From Gemmata obscuriglobus (lineage in GTDB: Bacteria > Planctomycetota > Planctomycetia > Gemmatales > Gemmataceae), in NCBI RefSeq assembly GCF_008065095.1, contig NZ_CP042911.1:8190001-8222000 (forward strand): DNA of 32,000 bases, written 5' to 3'. The notes under the pieces are model-generated. The model ran no database searches. It was not told where the DNA came from and worked only from the letters and a program-made list of their open reading frames with translations. Below, piece by piece: positions 23,715 through 32,000 of the stretch. The translations under genes were made by a program, and so were the position numbers. Every line of letters begins with the position of its first letter. Position 1 is the first letter of the stretch.

Positions 23715-25781
23715 ATGCGCTTGTTGATCCCGCGCTTCGGCGCCCTCGCGTTTCTCGCTCTTCTGGCGTCTGCCTTAGTGGCTCGCGCGGCCACAGCCGC
23801 CCTTTCCCCGCTCGAACGCGCCACCACAGACCCATCGTTTACCGCCACCGGAGAGCCCGGCTCGCTCGCACTGTTGGGCGTGATCCCTTCGTTCGTGCTG
23901 GTCGGTCCGCTGGCGGTCGTCGCGGCGCTCTTCCCCGGAGTGTTCGCGCGCCTGGCGATCGGCATGAAACGCTGGCGCGCGTTTCTCGTCGTCGCGAGTC
24001 TGAACAGTACCCTCGCACTCGTGTACTTCGCACTCGTCACGTACCGCCCGCATTGGCTCCCGCCGGGGAGCGGGTTCGGACCCGCCGCAATCGCCAGTTA
24101 CTTCACCCTTTTCGCGCTCGTCGGGTCCGTGTGGGCCGGGTGCCGGTACCGGCGGATGGCGGCCGCCGCGCCCGAGGTCACCGCACCGCCGGACCGCACT
24201 GAGATTCTCGCGCTGGCCGGCTTAACAGCCTTTGCGGCGCTCGGTACGGTCTTGACCGCTCTCTTCGCGGGCTGGGACAGCACCCTCCGCGTACCGATGC
24301 GCGAGTTCACGTTCATTGGGTTGGCGCTGCTCGCCGCCACGCTGTACGCCGGCTACCGCGCACTGACCCACCGCGCCGACTCGGACGCAGGCGGTTGCGC
24401 GCCGGCCGTGCGGCTCAGCCTTCCCGGAGAAGCGGTCGCGCTCGGAACGCTCGTGCTGTGCGGGTTCGCAACCGTGTTACTCACGAGCGCCCCAACCAGC
24501 GGTCCGGTCGCGACCGGCACCGAAACCGGCGACGCCGAAACGGTTTTCGGGCCGCGCCTCGTGGGAGAGCCCGTTGCGATCGCGGCCTTCGAGTTGGAGG
24601 GCAACAAGAAAGAGAAGGTGTTCGGTCGGGTCATGTCAAACCTCGCCCTCGACGGTGAGCGTCTCGTGTTCGGCACTAGCGCGAGCCCGGCCGACGGGCG
24701 CATGCTCTGCATGAACCGCGCAACTGGAAAAGTGGAATGGGCGCTCGACGACCCTGACTTGAAAGCGGTGTTCTGCACGCCCACCGTGGCAAACGGAAAG
24801 GTGTACTGCGGCGAGGGAATGCACGAGGACCGCGGCCGGCGCCTGTTCTGCGTCAGTGCCAGCACCGGCGTTCCCGTTTGGAAGGAGCCGTTCAAAACCG
24901 CGAGCCACACCGAAGGGGCGCCGGCGGTCGCGGGCGGTAAGGTGTACTTCCCGGCCGGCGACGACGGGCTCTACTGTGCCCGCGCCGACACCGGCGCGCC
25001 GGTGTGGCAGCTCAAGGGGGGTAAAGAAACGGGCATCCACATCGACGCGGCGCCCGTGGTGAGCAACGGCACCGTGTTCGTCGGCAGCGGGCTGTACTCC
25101 TACGTCGCAGTCGCGCTCGATGCCGTTACAGGGGCGGAGAAGTGGCGCACCGACCTCGGGCTGCGTGTGTTCGGTCAGCCGCTTGTGAGTGAGGGGAATG
25201 TGTTTTACGGCGTCGGCACCGGAAACATGGGCGCCGACGTGTGGCACTACGACGAAGAGGGCGCGGCGCGTGACACGGAGGCGGCTGGGGCCGTGTGCTG
25301 TCTCGATGCGACGACCGGAAAGGAGAAGTGGCGGTACCCGTTACCGCGGTCGGTTCACACGGGGCTCGCCGCCGACGCGTTCTCGATCTACGCCGGCTGC
25401 CGCGACGGGTTCGTGTACGCGCTCGATCGGCGCACCGGCAAGCTGCGCTGGAAAGCCGGCATCGGCAGTTCGGTCACGAGCGCGCCGGCGGTAGCCGCGG
25501 AGGGCGGGTTCCCGGTAGCCGTGTACGCGGTGTCACGCGAAGGACGGATGTTCTGTTTGAACCCGCAGACGGGAGCGGTGGTGTGGTGGCGTGGCGAGTT
25601 ACCTGGCTACAATTGGGCCGGGCGCGACGAGAACAACGTTATGTGTACGCCCCTGGTGATCAGCACCGTGACGAGCACCGGAAGCAAGCGAACGATCTAC
25701 TTCGGGGCTCATCAGACCGACCTGAACCCGAACGTTCGCCACGTCGCGGTGTTCAAGTTCGAGGACGTGATCGGAGAGTGA
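23715..25781 (+). CDS. Polytopic membrane domain fused to a PQQ-like (BamB-like) beta-propeller
   Basis: ATG at 23715 (MRLLIPRFGALAFLALLASALVARA). About 6-8 hydrophobic helices in the first 290 aa or so. These are followed by repeated PQQ-like blades: GKVEWAL, GVPVWKE, GAPVWQL, GAEKWRT, GKEKWRY, GKLRWKA, GAVVWW, each followed by G-x-V(Y/F). Confidence 0.75.
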   Translation: MRLLIPRFGALAFLALLASALVARAATAALSPLERATTDPSFTATGEPGSLALLGVIPSFVLVGPLAVVAALFPGVFARLAIGMKRWRAFLVVASLNSTLALVYFALVTYRPHWLPPGSGFGPAAIASYFTLFALVGSVWAGCRYRRMAAAAPEVTAPPDRTEILALAGLTAFAALGTVLTALFAGWDSTLRVPMREFTFIGLALLAATLYAGYRALTHRADSDAGGCAPAVRLSLPGEAVALGTLVLCGFATVLLTSAPTSGPVATGTETGDAETVFGPRLVGEPVAIAAFELEGNKKEKVFGRVMSNLALDGERLVFGTSASPADGRMLCMNRATGKVEWALDDPDLKAVFCTPTVANGKVYCGEGMHEDRGRRLFCVSASTGVPVWKEPFKTASHTEGAPAVAGGKVYFPAGDDGLYCARADTGAPVWQLKGGKETGIHIDAAPVVSNGTVFVGSGLYSYVAVALDAVTGAEKWRTDLGLRVFGQPLVSEGNVFYGVGTGNMGADVWHYDEEGAARDTEAAGAVCCLDATTGKEKWRYPLPRSVHTGLAADAFSIYAGCRDGFVYALDRRTGKLRWKAGIGSSVTSAPAVAAEGGFPVAVYAVSREGRMFCLNPQTGAVVWWRGELPGYNWAGRDENNVMCTPLVISTVTSTGSKRTIYFGAHQTDLNPNVRHVAVFKFEDVIGE

Positions 25782-25852
25782 CGGTCCGCCGATTCAACGG
25801 CCCGAGGCACGCACCGCGGTCGTCGCCCGGGTTCCGCGTTCAGGTTTCACCC

Positions 25853-26551
25853 ATGCACAAGATTGTGTCCGTCCACTCGCCGGCCGGCGCCAACAAATGC
25901 GACCCGACCGCCCACATCGCCGCGGCGGTCGCGCGGCTGGGAATGCGCGTCGGGGTAATCGAGATCGGTGCCGCATCAACCGGGTTACGTGCCCTTTTCA
26001 ACCTCGATCCCGGCCTAATCACCCACACCTTGGGCGATCACCTGACCGGCCGATGCGCACTTCGGGACGCGGCGTACCGCGTCTCTCTCGCCGGAGGGGC
26101 CAAGGCCGGGAGCGTACACCTGATTCCGTCCGGCCCGTTCTTGGTTGGTTACGACGCCGAAGCGATCGGCGACGCTTTAGGGACAATAGCCGACGCGCTG
26201 TCCTTCGATTTCCTGTTTGTGAACGCACCGGTGGGACTGGACGAAGACGCGCTACTGATCGCGGCCGCAGCCGATTGGGCGGTGCTGGTGCTGCGCCCGA
26301 ACCGGCAAGAGTACCAAGCCGCCGCGGTCGCGGTTGAGGTGGTTCGGCGGTTAGGTGTCCCGCACGTCGCGCTGGTACTCAGCGAGGTGCCCTGCTCCCT
26401 CGACCATCCCGTGCTGCAACGGGATCTGACGCACGCGTTCGGAGTCGAACTGGGGGCCGTCTTGCCACTTGTGAGTGAGTCACCCGGGCCGGCCGCAGCG
26501 CATCTCCCGGAGCACTCACTGGCACGAGTTATCGCCGCCCTGACCGCATAG
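25853..26551 (+). CDS. MinD/ParA-fold protein with degenerate nucleotide-binding motifs
   Basis: Collinear by eye with MinD. KIVSVHSPAGANKCDPTAHIAAAVARLGMRVGVIE matches IIVVTSGKGGVGKTTSSAAIATGLAQKGKKTVVID. FDFLFVNAPVGLDEDALLIAAAADWAVLVLRP matches FEFIVCDSPAGIETGALMALYFADEAIITTNP. I prefer the ATG at 25853; the upstream part of the listed ORF is out of frame over the propeller gene. Confidence 0.6.
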   Translation: MHKIVSVHSPAGANKCDPTAHIAAAVARLGMRVGVIEIGAASTGLRALFNLDPGLITHTLGDHLTGRCALRDAAYRVSLAGGAKAGSVHLIPSGPFLVGYDAEAIGDALGTIADALSFDFLFVNAPVGLDEDALLIAAAADWAVLVLRPNRQEYQAAAVAVEVVRRLGVPHVALVLSEVPCSLDHPVLQRDLTHAFGVELGAVLPLVSESPGPAAAHLPEHSLARVIAALTA

Positions 26552-26750
26552 CTCGTATTGGTTGGAAGGCGTCTCCAGTCGTCTCGGCCGTGGTGGCCGG
26601 ATGCTGCACGCTCGTTGCAGCCGAACCGCCCACCACGCAAGCAATACGGATTGCTGTTGCTGGCCCCCTGACGGTGCGCGGGAACCGCCCGGGCGAAGAA
26701 CACGGTGCTTGCAATCGATCGCGGAAAGGGTGAGGCGCCGAATTTCCCGT

Positions 26751-26782
26751 TTGCTGTGCCCGTTCGACGCTGATAATATAAT
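26751..26782 (+). promoter_or_regulatory. Candidate sigma70-like promoter upstream of the PSCyt/DUF1553 gene
   Basis: TTGCTG (26751-26756) is followed by the AT-rich block TGATAATATAAT (26771-26782), which contains TAATAT at 18-nt spacing and TATAAT at 20-nt spacing. This is the only strongly AT-rich -10-like block in a 323-nt intergenic region. It is not validated. Confidence 0.25.
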
Positions 26783-26874
26783 CACGGACTCGTGCCTCTC
26801 CCGCCTGCTTGCGACCGGATGGTTCTCCCGCCACTGACCCGAATGCGATTCGGGTTCCTGCCGAGCTGAAACCT

Positions 26875-29160
26875 ATGCTGCGATTCGCACTCGTTGCCGC
26901 GCTTTTCGCTGCACCGTCGGCGGTGGCCCGGGCGTCCGATCCCGCGCCGGCCGACGCGAAGAAGGTCGAATTCTTCGAAACGAAAATCCGGCCGGTGCTG
27001 GTCGAACAGTGCTACAAGTGCCACTCCGAGACCGCCGAGAAGGACAAGAAGCTCAAGGCCGGCCTGAAGCTCGATACGAAGGCCGCGCTGCTCGCGGGCG
27101 GCGACACCGGGGCGGCGCTCGTGCCGGGGAAGCCCGAGGCCGGCACGCTGCTCAAGTCGCTCAAGTACGACGGCGACCTCCAAATGCCGCCGAAGGGCAA
27201 ACTGCCCGACGCCGTCATCAAGGACTTCGAAAAGTGGATCGCCGACGGGGCCGTTGACCCGCGCACCGGCGAAACCGCGAAGGCCGTTGGAATCGACATC
27301 GAGAAGGGCAAGCAGTTCTGGTCGTTCCAGGCACCGAAAGCGGCTCCCGTCCCTGCCGGCCCCACGCACCCGATCGACGCATTCGTCGCGGCCAAACTTG
27401 CGGAAAAGGGGCTGACGCCCGTCGCGCGGGCCGACAAGCGGACCCTCATCCGCCGCGCCTCTTACGACCTCACCGGGTTGCCGCCCGCGCCGGAGGAGGT
27501 GGACGCGTTCCTGGCCGATGAGGCGCCGGACGCGTTCGAGAAAGTCGTCGACCGGTTGCTCGCGTCGGCCCAGTACGGCGAGAAGTGGGGGCGGCACTGG
27601 CTCGACGTGGCCCGGTACGCCGAGGACCAAGCGCACACGTTCGCGGTGAAGCCCAGAAACCAGGCGTGGCGCTACCGCGACTGGGTCGTCGCCGCGTTCA
27701 ACGCCGACATGCCCTACGACCGGTTCGTGAAGCTCCAGATCGCCGGCGACATGCTCCCGGACGCGCCGAGCGACCCGTTCACCAAGTTCGCGGGTCTGGG
27801 GTTCCTCGGCTTGGGCGCCGAGTACTACAAGAACACCGCCGCCGCGCAGGCGATCGCCGAAGAGCTGGACGACCGCGTGGACACCGTGACGCGCGGGTTC
27901 CTGGGGCTGACCGTCGCGTGCGCCCGGTGCCACGACCACAAGTTCGATCCGATCCCGACGAGAGATTACTACTCCCTCGCGGGCATCTACATGGGTACCG
28001 ACATGTCCGACGCGCAGCTCGGCGCGCCGGACGAGGTGAAGGCGTACCAGGCCGCGCAGGCGAACCTCAAGAAGGCCGAGGACCGGTCCAAAAAGCTCCA
28101 GAGCGAACTGAAGGCCAAGAAGGACCCGCTGGTCACGCGGCTCGCGAAGCTGCTCGCGTACAAGGGCGCGACCGACGAGCTGGCCCAGATCAAGAAGACG
28201 ATGCCGCCGGCCCCGCCCGTGGCGCACGTCATCAGCGGGAACGGGGCCGGGATGAAGGTGTACGTCCGCGGCAACCCCGCGACGAAGGGCGAGGACGCGC
28301 CGAAGGGGTTCCTCCAGGTGCTGCCGTCGCCGGTCGCGGCGGGCGGCGGGTACTCGCGCCTCGACCTCGCGAACGCGATCGGCTCGAAGGACAACCCGCT
28401 CACGGCCCGGGTGTTCGTGAACCGGGTGTGGGCGTGGCACTTCGGCCGCGGGCTGGTCGGCACGCCCTCGAACTTCGGCGCGCTGGGCGACAAGCCGAGC
28501 CACCCCGAGCTGCTGGACTGGCTCGCGATCAACTTCGTGAAGAACGGCTGGTCGGCGAAGTGGCTGCACCGGCAGATCATGACCGCGGCCACCTACCAAC
28601 TGGAGAGCCGCCCCGACGCGGCCAACGACAAGGTGGACGCCGCGAACGTGTACCTGTGGCGCGGCGCCCGCAAGCGGCTGGAGATCGAGGACTGGCGCGA
28701 CACGCTGCTGGCCGTCAGCGGGAACCTCGACCCGCAGCTCGGCGGCCCCGCCTTCGACCTCCGCGACCCGGCCGCCCGCCGCCGGACCGTCTACGCGAAG
28801 GTGAGCCGGCACGAGCTGGACGGGCTCCTGCGACTGTTCGACTTTCCGGACGCGAACGTGACCGCGGACAAGCGCACCGTCACCACTGTTCCTCAGCAGC
28901 AGTTGTTCGCGCTGAACAGCGCGTTCATGGTGGCGCAGGCCCAGGCGTTCGCGAAGCGGGTGGAGGCGGCCGCTTCCACCGACGAGGCGCGGGTGGCCGC
29001 GGCGTACCGGCTCGCGTTCGGCCGGGCGCCCGAGAAATCGGAGCGGGACCTCGCGCTGCGGTTCCTGGCGCTGCCGCTGCAGGCCGGCGACAAGCTCACC
29101 CGGTGGCAGCAATACGCCCAGGTTCTTCTCGCCAGTAACGAGCTGCTGTACGTAGACTGA
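26875..29160 (+). CDS. PSCyt1 / DUF1549 (PSCyt2) / DUF1553 (PSD1) planctomycete cytochrome-domain protein
   Basis: Signal peptide MLRFALVAALFAAPSAVARA. Haem motif CYKCH in FFETKIRPVLVEQCYKCHS. DUF1549-type RRASYDLTGLPPAPEEVDAF and YGEKWGRHWLDVARYAED. DUF1553-type CARCHDHKFDPIPTRDYY. Confidence 0.88.
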   Translation: MLRFALVAALFAAPSAVARASDPAPADAKKVEFFETKIRPVLVEQCYKCHSETAEKDKKLKAGLKLDTKAALLAGGDTGAALVPGKPEAGTLLKSLKYDGDLQMPPKGKLPDAVIKDFEKWIADGAVDPRTGETAKAVGIDIEKGKQFWSFQAPKAAPVPAGPTHPIDAFVAAKLAEKGLTPVARADKRTLIRRASYDLTGLPPAPEEVDAFLADEAPDAFEKVVDRLLASAQYGEKWGRHWLDVARYAEDQAHTFAVKPRNQAWRYRDWVVAAFNADMPYDRFVKLQIAGDMLPDAPSDPFTKFAGLGFLGLGAEYYKNTAAAQAIAEELDDRVDTVTRGFLGLTVACARCHDHKFDPIPTRDYYSLAGIYMGTDMSDAQLGAPDEVKAYQAAQANLKKAEDRSKKLQSELKAKKDPLVTRLAKLLAYKGATDELAQIKKTMPPAPPVAHVISGNGAGMKVYVRGNPATKGEDAPKGFLQVLPSPVAAGGGYSRLDLANAIGSKDNPLTARVFVNRVWAWHFGRGLVGTPSNFGALGDKPSHPELLDWLAINFVKNGWSAKWLHRQIMTAATYQLESRPDAANDKVDAANVYLWRGARKRLEIEDWRDTLLAVSGNLDPQLGGPAFDLRDPAARRRTVYAKVSRHELDGLLRLFDFPDANVTADKRTVTTVPQQQLFALNSAFMVAQAQAFAKRVEAAASTDEARVAAAYRLAFGRAPEKSERDLALRFLALPLQAGDKLTRWQQYAQVLLASNELLYVD

Positions 29161-29233
29161 GAGCTGCGGGGGTCGTCGGGTGGGCACCGCCCACCGCCCC
29201 GCGAGTACGGACGCAACTCAAGCGGGTGACGGA

Positions 29234-29761
29234 ATGAGCAGCCAGCCGAACCAGCGGGCCGATATCGAAGTTTCGCACGACGGCGACACGGTCAAACTGA
29301 AGGCCCCCGACGGCGGCACCGCCCTGACCGCCCCGGAAGCGCAAGAGCTCGCGGGCCGCATCTTCGAGGCGGCCGCGCGGGCCGGCGGGGACGACCCGGT
29401 CGAGAACGACTGGGTCCGCATCCCAATGCAGTACCTCCAGGTGACGGCCGAGCGGCTCGACTTCAGCGGCGAGGGCGACGAGAACACGGTGCCCGCCCCC
29501 AACAGCGACGACCCGGACGGCAGCACCGCCACCGTCCACTGCTGGATCAAGGACCAGACGCAGAACAACGCGCTGCACATCACCTCCGGGAACATCGCCG
29601 AGCACGGCTGGTTCATTTCCGAGGTGATCGAGCACGCGCCGGTCAAGCGCGAGGACGTGGAAAGCGATTACGTCGAGTACTACGACAAGGCGGTCGCCGA
29701 GTCCGAGGTCTTCCTGTACGAGATCAACGAAGACAACCCCGAGGGTGCCGACGATGCTTAA
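29234..29761 (+). CDS. Small acidic hypothetical protein (175 aa, no signal peptide)
   Basis: High GC3 throughout. ATG at 29234 (alternative GTG at 29180). The stop at 29759-29761 overlaps the DUF1501 start (ATGCTTAA). The sequence is Asp/Glu-rich with no recognisable motif. Confidence 0.55.
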   Translation: MSSQPNQRADIEVSHDGDTVKLKAPDGGTALTAPEAQELAGRIFEAAARAGGDDPVENDWVRIPMQYLQVTAERLDFSGEGDENTVPAPNSDDPDGSTATVHCWIKDQTQNNALHITSGNIAEHGWFISEVIEHAPVKREDVESDYVEYYDKAVAESEVFLYEINEDNPEGADDA

Positions 29762-31151
29762 CGGTGGGATCTCGCGCCGCGACATGCTCAAGAGCAGCGG
29801 CACCGGTCTCGGGATGCTCGGGCTCGCCGGCCTCCTGGCCGACGAGGCCCGGGGCGCGGAGGCCCGCGCGTCCGGCGCGAGCGCGAACCCGCTGGCCCCC
29901 AAGGTGGCGCACTTCCCCGCGAGGGCGAAGCGCGTCATCCACCTGTTCATGAACGGCGGCCCGTCGCAGGTGGACACGTTCGACCCGAAGCCCGAGCTGA
30001 CCAAGCAGCACGGGAAGGCGCCCGGCGCCGCCGGGAAGTCGACCGAGCGCAAAACGGGTGCGCTGTTCAAGTCCCCGTTCGCGTTCAAGAAGTACGGCCA
30101 GTCGGGGATCGAGGTCAGCGAGCTGTTCCCCGAGATCGGGGCGTGCATCGACGACATCTGCGTGATCCGGTCGATGCACACCAACATCCCGAACCACGAG
30201 CCCGGCCTGCTCCTGATGACCTGCGGGAACACGCAGCCCATCCGCCCGAGCATGGGCTCCTGGCTCACCTACGGGCTCGGCACCGAGAACCAGAACCTGC
30301 CCGGGTTCGTCGTCCTGTGCCCCGGCAAGCCGGTGGTCGGGCCGGCGCTGTGGAACAACAGCTTCCTGCCCGGCGTGTTCCAGGGCTGCCACATCTCGTC
30401 CCTCGACCCGAAGCGGGTGATCGACCACATCCGCAACACCAGCGTGAGCGCGGGCACCCAGCGGGAGCAGCTCGACCTGCTGAACCGGCTCAACGGGCTG
30501 CACAAGGACGCGCGGGGCGGCGACGACCAACTCGACGCCCGCATCCAGTCCCTCGAGATCGCGTACCGGATGCAGACGGAGGCGCAGGAGGCGTTCGACG
30601 TGTCGCGCGAGCCCGTGAAGGTGCGCGAGGCTTACGGGAAGGGGTACTTCGCGGACGCGTGCCTCACCGCCCGGCGCCTCGTGGAGCGCGGGGTGCGGAT
30701 GGTGCAGGTGTTCTACGGGTCCGGCCAGCCGTGGGACGACCACGGGGACATCGAGAAGGGGCACCGCACCAAGGCGAAGGACTCCGACAAGGCGGTGGCC
30801 GCGCTGCTCCGCGACCTGAAGCAGCAGGGGCTGCTCGACGAGACGCTGGTGCTGTGGGGCGGCGAGTTCGGCCGCACCCCGACGAGCGAGGGCGCGGACG
30901 GCCGCGACCACAACAACCACGGCTTCACGGTGTGGCTGGCCGGCGGCGGGGTGAAGGGCGGGATGACCTACGGCGCGACCGACGAGTTCGGGTTCGCGGC
31001 CGTGGACAAGAAGGTTCACGTCCACGACCTGCACGCCACCATCCTGCACCTGATGGGCATCGACCACGAGAAGCTGACGTATCGCTACAGCGGGCGCGAC
31101 TTCCGGCTCACCGACGTCCACGGCGTGGTGGTCAAGGACATCATGAAGTGA
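29754..31151 (+). CDS. DUF1501 (sulfatase-fold) protein with Tat signal
   Basis: Twin-arginine signal GISRRDMLKSSGTGLGMLGLAGLLA. Family motifs FMNGGPSQVDTFDPKPEL, GEFGRTP and DHNNHGFTVWLAGGGVKGG. ATG at 29754 (alternative GTG at 29745). Confidence 0.88.
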   Translation: MLNGGISRRDMLKSSGTGLGMLGLAGLLADEARGAEARASGASANPLAPKVAHFPARAKRVIHLFMNGGPSQVDTFDPKPELTKQHGKAPGAAGKSTERKTGALFKSPFAFKKYGQSGIEVSELFPEIGACIDDICVIRSMHTNIPNHEPGLLLMTCGNTQPIRPSMGSWLTYGLGTENQNLPGFVVLCPGKPVVGPALWNNSFLPGVFQGCHISSLDPKRVIDHIRNTSVSAGTQREQLDLLNRLNGLHKDARGGDDQLDARIQSLEIAYRMQTEAQEAFDVSREPVKVREAYGKGYFADACLTARRLVERGVRMVQVFYGSGQPWDDHGDIEKGHRTKAKDSDKAVAALLRDLKQQGLLDETLVLWGGEFGRTPTSEGADGRDHNNHGFTVWLAGGGVKGGMTYGATDEFGFAAVDKKVHVHDLHATILHLMGIDHEKLTYRYSGRDFRLTDVHGVVVKDIMK

Positions 31152-31272
31152 TCGCGACCGGTTGAGTCCGCCGGTTGTTTGTTCTTGGTATCGGAGCGTG
31201 CCCCGCGTACGCTGCGGGGTATCACAGCCCGCCCGCGGAGGCGGGAGCCCAACGACACCAGGGACGATTCGG

Positions 31273-32000
31273 ATGCCCCGTTCGCTCATCGCCCTCGTTC
31301 TTTGCGCCGGTTTCGGCCCGTCTGCCGAGCCCCCTTTAAAAGCCCCTTCCCCGGAACAACTCACCCGGCAACTCGGAGCCCCGGAGTTCGCGACCCGCGA
31401 ACAGGCGTCCGAGTCGCTGCGCGTGTTGGGGGCCGCCGCGCTGCCCGCGGTGCAACGCGCCACCACCAGCGACGACCCCGAGATCCGCCGCCGCGCGCTC
31501 GCACTGCTCCCGGCGATCCAGGCCCGGATCGCGTTCACCCCCCGCCGGGTCGCTATCGATCCGAGGCCGATCACGCTCGCCGCAGCCCTTCACTCACTTC
31601 GCCAGCAAACCGGCTACGTCGTGACGGCGGACCCACCGGCCGGGAAGGAGCTTTACACGTTCGGAGTGCCGGACGGGACCTTTTGGGAGGCCGTGGATCG
31701 CATCGCCGAGCGCACCAACCGGTCCATCGTCACAACACGCGAAAATATCCGGCTGGTTCCCGGAACCGCACGTTCACCGTTCACCGTTCGGGACGGCGCG
31801 TTTCGGGTGACACTGGAAAACATTCACGAGGACCGCAACATCGATTTCAGTCAGGGGACGCCGGGCCGACACGATCACAAGTTGACGCTTCACTTGTCGG
31901 TACTTGCCGAGCCTCGATTCGCCATTCTGGGCGGCGGGCCGGCTCAGTTCGCCGAGGTCGTGGATGACCGGGGCGGAAAGCTCCGGGAGGCACCAGACGA
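31273..32000 (+). CDS. Secreted hypothetical protein with HEAT-like N-terminal motif (3' end outside window)
   Basis: This ORF is absent from the supplied track because it has no stop in the window. I translated frame 1 from the ATG at 31273 to base 32000 and found no stop. Product: MPRSLIALVLCAGFGPSAEP...FATREQASESLRVLGAAALPAVQRATTSDDPEIRRRALALL... GC3 is high. The overlapping listed ORF 31179-31967 is Arg-rich off-frame noise. Confidence 0.6.
   Translation, partial: MPRSLIALVLCAGFGPSAEPPLKAPSPEQLTRQLGAPEFATREQASESLRVLGAAALPAVQRATTSDDPEIRRRALALLPAIQARIAFTPRRVAIDPRPITLAAALHSLRQQTGYVVTADPPAGKELYTFGVPDGTFWEAVDRIAERTNRSIVTTRENIRLVPGTARSPFTVRDGAFRVTLENIHEDRNIDFSQGTPGRHDHKLTLHLSVLAEPRFAILGGGPAQFAEVVDDRGGKLREAPD

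Noticed and set aside
25295-25852. N-terminal 186 aa of the listed 418-aa ORF
   Set aside because: It overlaps the PQQ-propeller gene out of frame and is Arg-rich. The MinD-like homology begins at the ATG at 25853.
31179-31967. 262-aa listed ORF at the right end of the window
   Set aside because: Its composition is Arg/Pro/Gly-rich. Frame 1 from the ATG at 31273 gives a signal peptide and HEAT-like motif with high GC3 and stays open to the window end, so it is the real gene.

Overview
The window is visibly GC-rich, roughly two-thirds G+C by eye (not computed), with strong GC3 codon bias. Gene content points to a chromosomal segment of a Planctomycetota genome, probably Gemmataceae-like. The main clue is a PSCyt/DUF1549/DUF1553 gene paired with a Tat-signal DUF1501 gene; many lipoprotein or secreted hypotheticals and PQQ and WD40 propellers fit the same picture. 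I support 25 protein-coding genes (two run off the window edges), one decayed IS4-like insertion sequence, no rRNA, tRNA or CRISPR, and two families of intergenic repeats. Recognisable housekeeping genes are ald (alanine dehydrogenase) and an endonuclease-type mutL. Other recognisable units are an ABC-2 exporter pair, a minus-strand sugar-modification operon (NAD epimerase, secreted unknown, CapK/PaaK-like adenylating ligase, GT2), a di-haem cytochrome c, and a HAD phosphatase plus alpha/beta hydrolase. The most unusual locus is at 1-5432. It holds three tandem HlyD/membrane-fusion-type adaptor genes with no transporter visible in the window. The second is a lipoprotein with a seven-blade WD40 propeller apparently inserted into the adaptor fold. 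The third fuses the adaptor to an intact M50 (site-2-protease-like) membrane metalloprotease whose cytoplasmic N-terminus carries a PqqD/RRE-like motif. Other points worth a second look: (1) long AT-rich hairpins at three gene ends, with arms built from tandem 9-12 nt units; (2) a G/C-homopolymer palindromic repeat family that flanks a DUF559 endonuclease gene, sits on the 5' end of the GT2 gene and creates spurious ORF extensions; (3) a MinD/ParA-like protein with degenerate Walker motifs next to a membrane-anchored PQQ propeller; (4) a small acidic protein wedged between the normally adjacent DUF1553 and DUF1501 genes. Many long ORFs in the supplied track are antisense or out-of-frame artefacts of high GC and were rejected. 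All homology statements come from reading motifs by eye; no database search was run.
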